DNA of 64,000 nucleotides from an uncultured Gammaproteobacteria bacterium. Its GTDB lineage: Bacteria > Patescibacteriota > Patescibacteriia > SG8-24. This document shows, piece after piece, positions 41,090-50,042 of the stretch (positions are counted from its first letter, which is position 1; every line of letters starts with the position of its first letter). A program made the position numbers and the translations under genes. The stretch covers positions 12,389 to 76,388 of the forward strand of contig CAYOXM010000004.1 in NCBI GenBank assembly GCA_964407925.1. Reading direction: 5' to 3'. Under the pieces are notes generated by a model. That model was not told the DNA's origin. It saw only the letters and a program-made list of their open reading frames with translations, and searched no databases.

Positions 41090-41950
41090 ATGGCTGATAA
41101 ACTCAAAAAATCCGGCCTCGCCGTTCTCGTCGGGCGATCGAACGTGGGCAAGTCCACGCTCCTCAACTCGCTCGTCGGCACCAAGGTCGCCATCACGACG
41201 CCCAAGCCGCAGACCACGCGGCATATCATCCAAGGCGTCGTCCACGACCCGCGCGGGCAGGTCGTCTTCGTCGACACTCCCGGCATCTTCACGCGCATCC
41301 CCGATACGCTGACGGCGAAGCTGAACGAGAAGGCGAAGGACGCCCTCGACGGCATCGACGTCCTGCTGTACGTCGTCGATCCCACGCGCCACGTCGGCGA
41401 CGAGGAGAAGGCAGTCCACCGCCTCGTGCGGAACGCGACGGTTCCGAAAATCCTCGTCATCAACAAGAGCGACCTGAAGGGCCCCTACGCCGACGAATAT
41501 CGGGCATGGGAGGAAGAGTTCGACGAGGTCATCGAAATCTCCGCGCTCAATCGCCGCAACCTGAAGGCGCTCGTCGACGCGATCTTCGGCTACCTGAAAG
41601 AGGGTGAGCCGCTCTACCCGCCGGACCAGATTTCCGGCGTCGAAAACCGGTTCTGGCTCGAGGAGCTTTTCCGCGAAAAGGTGTTCATGAAGATGCACGA
41701 GGAAATCCCCTACACCACCGCCGTGCACGTGAGCGAAGTCGCGGCGCGCGACAACGGCGTGACGTACGTCCGCGCGACGATCGTCACGACGTCGCCGCGA
41801 TACAAAAAGATGCTCATCGGCGCCGGCGCGCGGACCGTCAAGGACATCGGCCGGGCCGTGCGCAAGGAACTCGAGGAGGTCAGCGGAAAAAAATATTTCA
41901 TCGACCTCGACGTGCAGGTCGAAGAGCGCTGGCAGGAACGGTTCGAATGA
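41090..41950 (+). CDS. era: GTPase Era
   Basis: GRSNVGKSTL, KPQTTR, DTPG, NKSD, EEIPY and a KH domain. Confidence 0.97.
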   Translation: MADKLKKSGLAVLVGRSNVGKSTLLNSLVGTKVAITTPKPQTTRHIIQGVVHDPRGQVVFVDTPGIFTRIPDTLTAKLNEKAKDALDGIDVLLYVVDPTRHVGDEEKAVHRLVRNATVPKILVINKSDLKGPYADEYRAWEEEFDEVIEISALNRRNLKALVDAIFGYLKEGEPLYPPDQISGVENRFWLEELFREKVFMKMHEEIPYTTAVHVSEVAARDNGVTYVRATIVTTSPRYKKMLIGAGARTVKDIGRAVRKELEEVSGKKYFIDLDVQVEERWQERFE

Positions 41951-41952
41951 TG

Positions 41953-42045
41953 GAGAGGTTGAAAGGTTGAGAGTTAATAAGGTTAAAAGACCCGATTGAA
42001 TTTCGCTTACCTCTCAACCTTTTAACCTTTCAACCTTTTAACCTT
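41953..42045. repeat. Inverted octamer-repeat hairpin element, copy C (best preserved)
   Basis: GAGAGGTT-GAAAGGTT-GAGAGTTA-ATAAGGTT, a spacer, then TACCTCTC-AACCTTTT-AACCTTTC-AACCTTTT-AACCTT. Confidence 0.75.
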
Positions 42046-42071
42046 GCTGCCGCCTGTTATACTGCCCCCGT

Positions 42072-42797
42072 ATGTCCATCATCAAGAAGCATTCCGACGA
42101 GCACAAGCCGCGGCTGGACGAGGAGATGAAGAAAGTCGACGTCTGCGCGTCGCCGTATACCGACTTCCGCTCCGGCGCGAGTTGGCGCATCTTCCGCATC
42201 ATGGCGGAATTCATCGAAGGGTTCGAATTTCTCGCCGACCTCAAGAAGGAAGTCTCGATTTTCGGCTCGGCGCGCTCGAAGCCGACCGACCACTGGTACA
42301 AGGAATCGCGCAAGCTCGGCACGCTGCTCGGCCGCGCCGGATTCACGATGATCACGGGGGGCGGTCCGGGCATCATGGAAGCGGCGAACCGCGGCGCCGT
42401 GGAGGCCGGGGCGGTGTCGGTCGGACTGAACATCGAACTCCCCCAGGAGCAGCGGGTCAACCGCTACGTCCGCAAACCGAAGAACTTCCATTATTTCTTC
42501 ACGCGAAAGGTGATGCTGTCGGTGTCGTCGCAGGCCTACATCTTCTTCCCCGGCGGCTTCGGCACGATGGACGAGTTCATGGAACTCATCACGCTCATAC
42601 AGACGAAGAAGATGTGCCCCATCCCCCTCGTCCTCGTCGGCAAGGAGTACTGGACGGGACTCTTCACGTGGGTGAAGCGGGCGATGATCGACGAGGGGTA
42701 CATTTCCGCCGAGGACCTCAACCTGTTCAAAATCGTCGATACCGCCGAGGAGGCGTTCGACATCGTGAAAGACTCGCAGGAACGCGCGTACTTCTAG
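42072..42797 (+). CDS. LOG family protein (nucleotide phosphoribohydrolase-like)
   Basis: FGSAR, TGGGPGIMEAAN and PGGFGTMDE. Confidence 0.93.
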   Translation: MSIIKKHSDEHKPRLDEEMKKVDVCASPYTDFRSGASWRIFRIMAEFIEGFEFLADLKKEVSIFGSARSKPTDHWYKESRKLGTLLGRAGFTMITGGGPGIMEAANRGAVEAGAVSVGLNIELPQEQRVNRYVRKPKNFHYFFTRKVMLSVSSQAYIFFPGGFGTMDEFMELITLIQTKKMCPIPLVLVGKEYWTGLFTWVKRAMIDEGYISAEDLNLFKIVDTAEEAFDIVKDSQERAYF

Positions 42798-42814
42798 CAC
42801 GGCGCGCCGCGAAG

Positions 42815-42853
42815 AAAAAACCGCCCCGCGGAAGCGCGGGGCGGTTTTATTTT
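42815..42853. terminator. Bidirectional terminator
   Basis: AAAACCGCCCCGCG-GAAG-CGCGGGGCGGTTTT. Confidence 0.8.
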
Positions 42854-42857
42854 CGGG

Positions 42858-43853
42858 TCAGTGCGCGCGTTTCTCGGGGTCACGGCCCTTGTAATACGTG
42901 TCGCCGTAGGCGAAAAGGACGAACAGGATGCCGAGGATCGGCAGGTGGCCGACGAGCTCGCTCGCCCCGAGAAAAATGACGCTTCCCATGAACACCGGCG
43001 CAAGGAGGACGGCGGAGAGCCGCGTGAGGAATCCGAACGCCTCGAACAAGCCGATGGTCGCCTCGATGACCACGAGCAGGAAGACGTACAGTTCGCGCGA
43101 GAGTTCCGCCCCCGTCCATCCCAGAATCACGAACGGGTTGAAATTCGGAAATTTGTCCATGAGCGAAAAATGCAGGTCCGGCCGGCGCCACTTGAGCAAC
43201 CCGAGCCAGAACACCGTGATGCCCGTGATGATCCTGAGCGCGACGTACGCCTTCTTGCGCTGCTCGGCCGTCGAGACGATCGGCTTGCCGAGGAACCAGT
43301 CCATCGAGAAACGGCCGCGGGAAAACGCGAGCAGGTACACGCCGATGCCGAGGTAATGGAGGTAGTCGAGCGCGTCGATCCACGGGAACAGCGCGAATGT
43401 CGCGAGGAAGAGCGCGATGACGCCCATCGCCGCAGCCTGCGTGAACAGGCCGATGAGCAGGAGCACGCCGATGGCGGATTGGCATCCGAGGAGCACGGTC
43501 GCGGCGGCGCCGTGCGGGAGGACGAAATTCGGCGCGAGCAGCGCGCCGCGGTACGACATCACGAGCAGCGTGACCGCCGTCGACACGGCAAGCACGCCGG
43601 CCGCGTAGTCGCGGAGCGGGCGGATTTTCTTCTCGTACCTGCCGTACGCGGGAAGTTTCTCGTACCACCGGTCGACGAACCAGCCGACGACCGTGAGCGC
43701 GGCGACCGCGGCGACCGCGCCGTACGTCCACCCGTTCGCGGTGACGAAAAAATCCGGCACCGGCGCGGTGACCGGGTCGACGGGGACGAACCATTTTTCA
43801 TGCGCCTGCGCCGCAGGCACGACGAGGCCGGCCAGCCGATCGAAGAGGCTCAT
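42858..43853 (-). CDS. DoxX-like polytopic membrane protein
   Basis: AQAHEKWF N-terminus and two DoxX-like halves (LLLIGLFTQ...SMD; LRIITG...GFLTR...GHLP). Confidence 0.7.
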   Translation of the reverse strand: MSLFDRLAGLVVPAAQAHEKWFVPVDPVTAPVPDFFVTANGWTYGAVAAVAALTVVGWFVDRWYEKLPAYGRYEKKIRPLRDYAAGVLAVSTAVTLLVMSYRGALLAPNFVLPHGAAATVLLGCQSAIGVLLLIGLFTQAAAMGVIALFLATFALFPWIDALDYLHYLGIGVYLLAFSRGRFSMDWFLGKPIVSTAEQRKKAYVALRIITGITVFWLGLLKWRRPDLHFSLMDKFPNFNPFVILGWTGAELSRELYVFLLVVIEATIGLFEAFGFLTRLSAVLLAPVFMGSVIFLGASELVGHLPILGILFVLFAYGDTYYKGRDPEKRAH

Positions 43854-43927
43854 GCCGCCATCATACCACGGCTCGCCGGCGGCGCGCACGCCGAATAAAA
43901 AAATCCCCCTCAGCGAGGGGGACGGCG

Positions 43928-44719
43928 TCACGGGCAGCCGCACTCCGGATCGAAATCCGTATTGCAGCCGTCAGTACGCGGCGAGAGGTGCATGAGCGTG
44001 TAGCCCCAGCGCCAGCCGAGGCCGCCCGCCATGTATCCGTAGGCGAGCTGGTCGTAGGTGACGTCGAAGACGCCGTTGTAAGGATCGATCACGCGGTACG
44101 TCGACTTGCCGTACGCCGACGGACCGTAACCGCTCACGACGACGACGTGCCCCGCGAACGAGTTCAGGTACCCGACGATGATCGGCCTGCCGTTCGAGAG
44201 CTCGATACGCACTGCGGTCTCGCTGATGCCGCTGTCGAGCGCGGTGCCGTGGATGCCGAGCGTGGTGCCGAGGATGTACTCCATCTGCGGCTGGGGCGCC
44301 GGCTGGTTGCACGGTTGGTAGCCGCAGGCCGCGTAGTTGCAACAGACGGGCTGGGAAAAGCCGGCCTTGTACGAGGCGAGCTGGCACTCGCCCGCAGCGA
44401 TGCCGTAGTAGTTCGCCACCATCGTGATGGTCGCGGCCCAGCACCACTGCTGGCAGTACTGCGCGAGCGGGGTGACCGGAAGCAGGACGCCGTCGGGATC
44501 GGGCGAGAGCCGGTCGCCGCAGTACCCGCCCGGATTCGGGCCGGGTCCCGGTCCGGGTTTCCCAGGAGCATAGCCGCAGTCGCGCGGACAGGTATACGGC
44601 GATTCGTAGTTGTTGCAGGCGCCATCGCCGCAGTACGGCGCGGGCGGTCCGCAACTCGCTGCGACGAGCGCGACGATGGCGACGGCGACGATCGACCAAA
44701 TGGCGTTCAAAGTACGCAT
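43928..44719 (-). CDS. Lipoprotein with papain-like cysteine protease domain (C39/C70 AvrRpt2-like)
   Basis: Lipobox VAASC, QYCQQWCWAA (Cys), GHVVVVSGY (His), VIDP (Asp); AGGAGG SD. Confidence 0.8.
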   Translation of the reverse strand: MRTLNAIWSIVAVAIVALVAASCGPPAPYCGDGACNNYESPYTCPRDCGYAPGKPGPGPGPNPGGYCGDRLSPDPDGVLLPVTPLAQYCQQWCWAATITMVANYYGIAAGECQLASYKAGFSQPVCCNYAACGYQPCNQPAPQPQMEYILGTTLGIHGTALDSGISETAVRIELSNGRPIIVGYLNSFAGHVVVVSGYGPSAYGKSTYRVIDPYNGVFDVTYDQLAYGYMAGGLGWRWGYTLMHLSPRTDGCNTDFDPECGCP

Positions 44720-44809
44720 GAGCCTCCTCCTTGTCTTGTCCGTCCGGCTCTGAACGGGACTGCGCAGCGTAGCCGAAAAACGAACTCCCGTCAACCCGTC
44801 AGGCAAAAG

Positions 44810-44843
44810 AAAACCGCCCGCGCACACGAAAGTGCGGGGCGGT
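44810..44843 (-). terminator. Terminator after nadE
   Basis: ACCGCCC.GCAC...GTGC.GGGCGGT stem with a T tract on the minus strand. Confidence 0.6.
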
Positions 44844-44851
44844 CGCGCGAA

Positions 44852-46924
44852 TCAGCGAATCGCGTCGGGAACGTTCGCCTCGAGCTCGTCGAGCCACATC
44901 CGTGCCGTGGCGTCCGACGGCATCCGCCAGTCGCCGCGCGGCGAGATTGCCGTGAGGCCGACCTTCGGACCGTCGGGCAGGCACGAACGCTTGAACTGGC
45001 TGCCGACGAAACGCTGAAGGAACAGCCGCAGCCAGCGTTTGACGGTCGCGAGGTCGTACTTCCCGTCGAAGGCGTGGAGCGCCAGCCGCGCGATGCGCGA
45101 CGGACGGTAGCCCCAGCGGACCGTGCAGTAGCCGAAGAAGTCGTGGAGCTCGTACGGCCCGATGATCGACTCCGTCTTCTGCGCGATCTTCCCGTGCTCG
45201 TCCGGCGGAAGGAGTTCCGGGGAAATCTCCGTGTCGAGGACGTCCTTGAGGACCGCCCGGACTTCGGGCTCCTTCGCGTAGATGACTTCCGCCGTCCAGC
45301 CGATGAGGAACGAGATGAGCGTCTTCGGGACGCCCGCGTTCACGCCGTAGTGGCTGGCATGGTCGCCGAACATCGTGCACCAGCCGAGCAGGAGCTCGGA
45401 CAAGTCGCCGGTGCCGAGCACCATCGCGCCCTCGAATCCGGAGACCGAAAAGAGCACGTGCTTCCTCGACCACGCCTGGACGTTCTCGAAGAACGTCCGA
45501 CGGCGCAGGGTCACGACGCTCGCGTCCCCCGCGGCGATGCCGGCCTTGATCTCCGCGATGAAGGCGCCGGCGTCGTCGATGCCGAGGTCACGGAAGGTCT
45601 GCGAGGAGAGGTCGCGGATAGAAATTTCCCGGAACGTCCCGCCGATCGCCTTGATGAGCCGACAGGCGTTCTGATAGGTCCGGTCCGTGGTCCCGAAGCC
45701 GGGCATGGTGACGCCGACGATGTTCGTGCGCGGCAGACCAAGCAGGTCCATGGCATAGGCAGCCACGAGAATCGCCTGCGTCGAGTCCTGCCCGCCGGAG
45801 ACGCCGATGACGAGCTTGCGCATATCCGGGCGGAGCGACTCGAGCTTCCGCGCGAGCGCCGTCGCCTGGATCATGAACGTCTCCCGGCACCGCTCGTCCC
45901 GCCGCTTGGGGTCTGACGGCACGAAGGGGTGCGGTTCGACGGAGCGCTTGAGCGCGCGGTACGTCGCCGCCGCCGCGCCGGATTCCGTACGGTGGCGGAA
46001 CGCCGCGGTGCGGAACGGCGTACGGCGGTCGCTCGCATTCTGGTGGAACGAGCTCTGCCGGATGCGATCCTGTTGCAGCGATTCGAGGTCCACGTCGACG
46101 ACCGCGCTCGCGCCCTTGAGCGAGAACCGTTCGGTCCGCGCGACGAGCGCGCCGCGTTCGGCGACGTACCCGTCGCCGTCCCACGAAAGGTCGGTCGACG
46201 ACTCGCCGAAACCCGCGGCGCTGTACATTTGCACCGCGAGATTGCGTCCGGACGATCCCACGACGAGCTGCTCGCGGTACTCGGCCTTGCCGATCGTGAT
46301 GTTCGACGCCGACAGGTTGGCGAGCACGGTCGCGCCCGCGAGGGCGGCGACGGTCGACGGCGGAATCGGGACCCAGATGTCCTCGCACACTTCCGTATGC
46401 AGGACGAATCCCGAACCGTCGGTCGCCGCGACGAGGACGTCGGTACCGAACGGCACGACGTCCTCGTGGATGCGAATTTCCCTGCTGCGCGCCTCGCATC
46501 CGCGGGCGAAGTGCCGGAGTTCGTAGAACTCGCGGTACTCGGGCGGGTACGACTTCGGCGCGACGGCGATGACGTGGCCGTTCTGGCAGGTGACCGCGCA
46601 GTTGTAGACGGCGTCGTCCACGAGGAGCGGCATGCCTACCGAGAACAGCAGGTCGCGCCAACGGGTCGAATTCGCCAGAATCGAACTCAAGGCGCGCAAG
46701 GCGCCTTCGAGCAGGACCTGCGAATGGAACAGGTCGGCGCAACTGTAACCGGTGAGCCCGAGCTCGGGACAGAGCGCGTAGCAGGCGCCGTCCTTGTATG
46801 CGACGTCGAGCGCGTCGACGTGCGCTGCGGCGTTCGCCGCGGGATCGGCAACGGTCACGCGCGGAATGACGACCGCGACGCGACTGAAACCGTGTTCGAG
46901 TACGTTCAAGAAATCGTCTGACAT
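44852..46924 (-). CDS. nadE: Glutamine-dependent NAD+ synthetase
   Basis: Nitrilase-like domain (CPEL, PK, EVCEDIW) plus synthetase domain (SGGQDS, GTGDLSE, SQFKR). Start set at MSDDFL, after the AAGGAGG SD. Confidence 0.96.
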   Translation of the reverse strand: MSDDFLNVLEHGFSRVAVVIPRVTVADPAANAAAHVDALDVAYKDGACYALCPELGLTGYSCADLFHSQVLLEGALRALSSILANSTRWRDLLFSVGMPLLVDDAVYNCAVTCQNGHVIAVAPKSYPPEYREFYELRHFARGCEARSREIRIHEDVVPFGTDVLVAATDGSGFVLHTEVCEDIWVPIPPSTVAALAGATVLANLSASNITIGKAEYREQLVVGSSGRNLAVQMYSAAGFGESSTDLSWDGDGYVAERGALVARTERFSLKGASAVVDVDLESLQQDRIRQSSFHQNASDRRTPFRTAAFRHRTESGAAAATYRALKRSVEPHPFVPSDPKRRDERCRETFMIQATALARKLESLRPDMRKLVIGVSGGQDSTQAILVAAYAMDLLGLPRTNIVGVTMPGFGTTDRTYQNACRLIKAIGGTFREISIRDLSSQTFRDLGIDDAGAFIAEIKAGIAAGDASVVTLRRRTFFENVQAWSRKHVLFSVSGFEGAMVLGTGDLSELLLGWCTMFGDHASHYGVNAGVPKTLISFLIGWTAEVIYAKEPEVRAVLKDVLDTEISPELLPPDEHGKIAQKTESIIGPYELHDFFGYCTVRWGYRPSRIARLALHAFDGKYDLATVKRWLRLFLQRFVGSQFKRSCLPDGPKVGLTAISPRGDWRMPSDATARMWLDELEANVPDAIR

Positions 46925-47052
46925 GCCGCGATCCTCCTTCGCCATGCTGGTTGACGTTGCGTCGTTGTAAGGAGCGGGTCCTCCTTTCTCCGTGCCGCTG
47001 CGGCAAGCGGCGCGGGGAAAGGAGGCCGTGCCCGGAAAGGCACGGCGCGACC

Positions 47053-48015
47053 TCAGTCGTCGATCTGGTCGTCCGCCTCGTCGTCATCGTCGAAGATGAC
47101 GCGGGCGATCGAGCGATTCAGCGAGATGACTTCGAAAGGAGCGAGCTTCTCCACCTTGGCGGCGGTCTTGGGGCAGGAATCCGTGATCCACACCTTGGTA
47201 AATCCGGCATTCAGGAATTTCTTCCATGAGTCCTTCGGACAGCTGGCATGCGTCGCGAAGGCGCTCACCTTCGACGCGCCCGCGTCGAGGAGCGCCTTGC
47301 CGCACTCGATGGTCGTGCCGCCGGACTTGATGATGTCGTCGACGATGACCACGTGACGGCCGCGCACCTCGCCCTCGCGGACCGTGACGATGCGCCTGTC
47401 GCCGTCACGGACCTTGTCGCAGATCACGAGAGGAAACGCGCGGTCGCCCTTCTTCGATCCGTCGAACATCGCCTTGAACCGCTTCCAGGCGCCGATGTCG
47501 GGAAACGCGATCGACACGTCTTCGCCCTCGAGCGCGGTCTTCAGGTACTTCGTGCCGGTCTTGTACCGGGTCACGACGTTGTCGCCGAAGTAGTGCCGCT
47601 GGCCGAGCGCGTGGATGTCGTAGAGCACGACCTCCACGGGACCGCTCCGGCAGAGCGGCGTGGCGGAAAGCATCCGCGCGAACGTCTTCGCGGTGACCAC
47701 TTGGCTTTCGGTGTCGCCGCGCTCGAGCGTCCCGGTCGGGTAGTACGGCATGATCACCTTGATCTCCCTCGCGCCGAGGCGAGGCAAGGTATAGATGACG
47801 CTCAGCTGGCCGAAGACGTCCTCGACCGAGTCGAACGAGGCGAGAAAGGCGGCGCGCTTCTGGCGGATGCGCTCCTCCTTGCCGACGAAGACGTTCGGCC
47901 ACCCGTCCTCGAACGTCTTCCAGGAAATCTTGCCAAGGTGGATCTTGTCGTTCGCCTCGCAGATCTTCTGCGCGAGGCCCTTCATCTGCGGGCAGTGGAA
48001 AAGGACCGCTTCCAT
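47053..48015 (-). CDS. prs: Ribose-phosphate pyrophosphokinase (class II-like)
   Basis: FEDGWPN, DIHA, FPDIGAWKRF, VIVDDIIKSGGT and WITDSCP. Confidence 0.92.
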   Translation of the reverse strand: MEAVLFHCPQMKGLAQKICEANDKIHLGKISWKTFEDGWPNVFVGKEERIRQKRAAFLASFDSVEDVFGQLSVIYTLPRLGAREIKVIMPYYPTGTLERGDTESQVVTAKTFARMLSATPLCRSGPVEVVLYDIHALGQRHYFGDNVVTRYKTGTKYLKTALEGEDVSIAFPDIGAWKRFKAMFDGSKKGDRAFPLVICDKVRDGDRRIVTVREGEVRGRHVVIVDDIIKSGGTTIECGKALLDAGASKVSAFATHASCPKDSWKKFLNAGFTKVWITDSCPKTAAKVEKLAPFEVISLNRSIARVIFDDDDEADDQIDD

Positions 48016-48130
48016 CGTGTTCCCTCCTGACTGATGTCGCACGTGCACACTTCCGCGTTTCGTCCTCGGCAGCCGACGACCGTCGGCAACCGAGGAAAAA
48101 CGCGGAGACGGCAGACCGTCTCCGCGCGGC

Positions 48131-49393
48131 TCATACCACGCACTCGCGCCGTTCTACGTTGGCGTACCCGAAAATCTTTTTGAAGAGATCGACGGTCGCC
48201 GCGTCGCCCGAGGCCTTGTCGAGATTGTTCGACAGCTTCACGAGCGGATGCCCGTTGGCCTCGGTCGCCTTCACGACGAACGAACCGAACGTCGGCAGTC
48301 CCGTGTCGTTCGAGAGCGTCGTCCCCCATCCCGGCTTCATCGCCTTGAAGCGATTGCGAAAGGTGAGATGGAGCGCGATGACCGAATCGACGTCGAGCCC
48401 GTCGGTCGGGTTCAGGACCTTCGTCCGCGGGTCGACGCCGTGCGACCTGAGGTACGCCTCGAGCATCTCTCCCTCGTGGAACGGATTGCCCGAGTCGACC
48501 TTGTAGACGTTCCAGGCCGCGGCGCGTTCGGCGCCGAAGTCCTCGAAGAACGCCTTGGAGCCGTACGTGTCGAGCACCGCCGTGCTCCAGCGCGGGCCGA
48601 ACGTCGCCATCCAGTCGTCCATGAACTTCATGTGCGACGCGCGGATTTCCGCCCGGAGTCCCCAGTGGATGCCGGAATAGACCATCGGGCCTTGATGCGC
48701 GAACGTGCCGATGACCGGCCAGCCGAGTTCCTTGGCCATCCAGACGTGCGAGATGCCGGCCAGTTGTCCGGGGATTTCCCGGACGAGCGTCTCGTCGATG
48801 AACCGCGACAGTTCGTAGCTGAATTGCCGCCGCAGGCCGAACTCCCCGAACTGGAGGTCCGGGTACTGCCGCAGGAGCTCGATCTTGCGACCGAGCCTGC
48901 GGCCGGCCTCGGCCCAGAGCCGGCGTTCCGTGACGCCATGCTGACGCATCACCCACTCGCCGTTCAGCTTGGTGATGATCGGCAGGATGAAGGTTTCCCA
49001 GTCCATGCCGTCGCACCAGGCGCCATGCGGCTCGATGCGATATGTCGGCCCGTCGGGCGACGCGACCTTCTCGATGTCGATCGCCGACAGCCAGTTCGTC
49101 TGGAGATAGCCGAGATACTCGTCGGGCAGGAAGCCGTTCGGGACGCCGACGCCGAACTTGGCGCGGAGCCACTCGATTTCCTCCGCCGTGTAGGCGAGAC
49201 GGCTGACATGCCCGATCTCCTCGCGGAGCCGGCCCTCGTCAATGCGTTCGCCGAGCACGATGCCCTTGGAGCGGTTCTTGAATCCCCAGCGGACGTGGAC
49301 GTCGCGATGCCGCAGCCAGGCGAAGTAGCCCATGGTGACGTAGTACCAGTCCTTCTGCAGGCGGCTGCTCACGATCGGCTTGTCGTTGGTCAT
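48131..49393 (-). CDS. pncB: Nicotinate phosphoribosyltransferase
   Basis: DWYYVTM, WET, EFGLRR, GTFAH, DTYG, DSG, GWGT and KLSNN. Confidence 0.9.
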   Translation of the reverse strand: MTNDKPIVSSRLQKDWYYVTMGYFAWLRHRDVHVRWGFKNRSKGIVLGERIDEGRLREEIGHVSRLAYTAEEIEWLRAKFGVGVPNGFLPDEYLGYLQTNWLSAIDIEKVASPDGPTYRIEPHGAWCDGMDWETFILPIITKLNGEWVMRQHGVTERRLWAEAGRRLGRKIELLRQYPDLQFGEFGLRRQFSYELSRFIDETLVREIPGQLAGISHVWMAKELGWPVIGTFAHQGPMVYSGIHWGLRAEIRASHMKFMDDWMATFGPRWSTAVLDTYGSKAFFEDFGAERAAAWNVYKVDSGNPFHEGEMLEAYLRSHGVDPRTKVLNPTDGLDVDSVIALHLTFRNRFKAMKPGWGTTLSNDTGLPTFGSFVVKATEANGHPLVKLSNNLDKASGDAATVDLFKKIFGYANVERRECVV

Positions 49394-49509
49394 GTCTCCT
49401 CCAAAATCGGGGCGTGGTATGGATTGTAACGATCAGGCTTGATCTTCCGCGGGCGACCGGATGTCACCGGCGGAAGAAGAAGGGCAAGCGCGAGGCTTGC
49501 CGTGCCGCG

Positions 49510-50031
49510 CTAGGCGGCGAGCGCGTTCCATTCGCTGCGGAGCATCGACATGCGCACCATGTCGTGATACACGCCGTCGAGCAGGTACTCCTGGCGAAGG
49601 ACGCCCTCCTGGACGAAGCCCATCTTGGCGTACGTCGTCCGTGAACGGACGTTCTCGACGAAAACGTTCAGGTAGACCTTGTTGAGGTCGAGCTGCGTGG
49701 GATCGAAGGCCACGGCGAGCGCCGCGCTGATCGCCGCCCTGCCATACCCCTTGCCGCGGTCATCCTTCCGGAAGACGAGCAGGCCGAGACGGGCGGTGCG
49801 AAGGTGCTCGTCGATCTCATGGAGGCCGACCGTGCCGACGAGGACGCCGTCGGCATCCACGCCCCACAGCCGCTCGGCGGGATTCGCGAGCACCTTTTCG
49901 AGGTATGCGCGCTGCCGTGGGACCGTCACCGGCGCGGAGAAGAACTTGAGGTTCCTCGTCGCCCCGGGATCGAGCGCGTCGACCATGCGCGCGGCGTCAT
50001 CCGCACTCACGGGAACCAACCGGATCGTCAT
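49510..50031 (-). CDS. GNAT acetyltransferase (RimJ/SpeG-like)
   Basis: RGKGYG, LNKVYLNV..EN and GFVQEGVLRQ; AAGGAGG SD. Confidence 0.9.
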   Translation of the reverse strand: MTIRLVPVSADDAARMVDALDPGATRNLKFFSAPVTVPRQRAYLEKVLANPAERLWGVDADGVLVGTVGLHEIDEHLRTARLGLLVFRKDDRGKGYGRAAISAALAVAFDPTQLDLNKVYLNVFVENVRSRTTYAKMGFVQEGVLRQEYLLDGVYHDMVRMSMLRSEWNALAA

Positions 50032-50042
50032 GGCTTCCTCCT

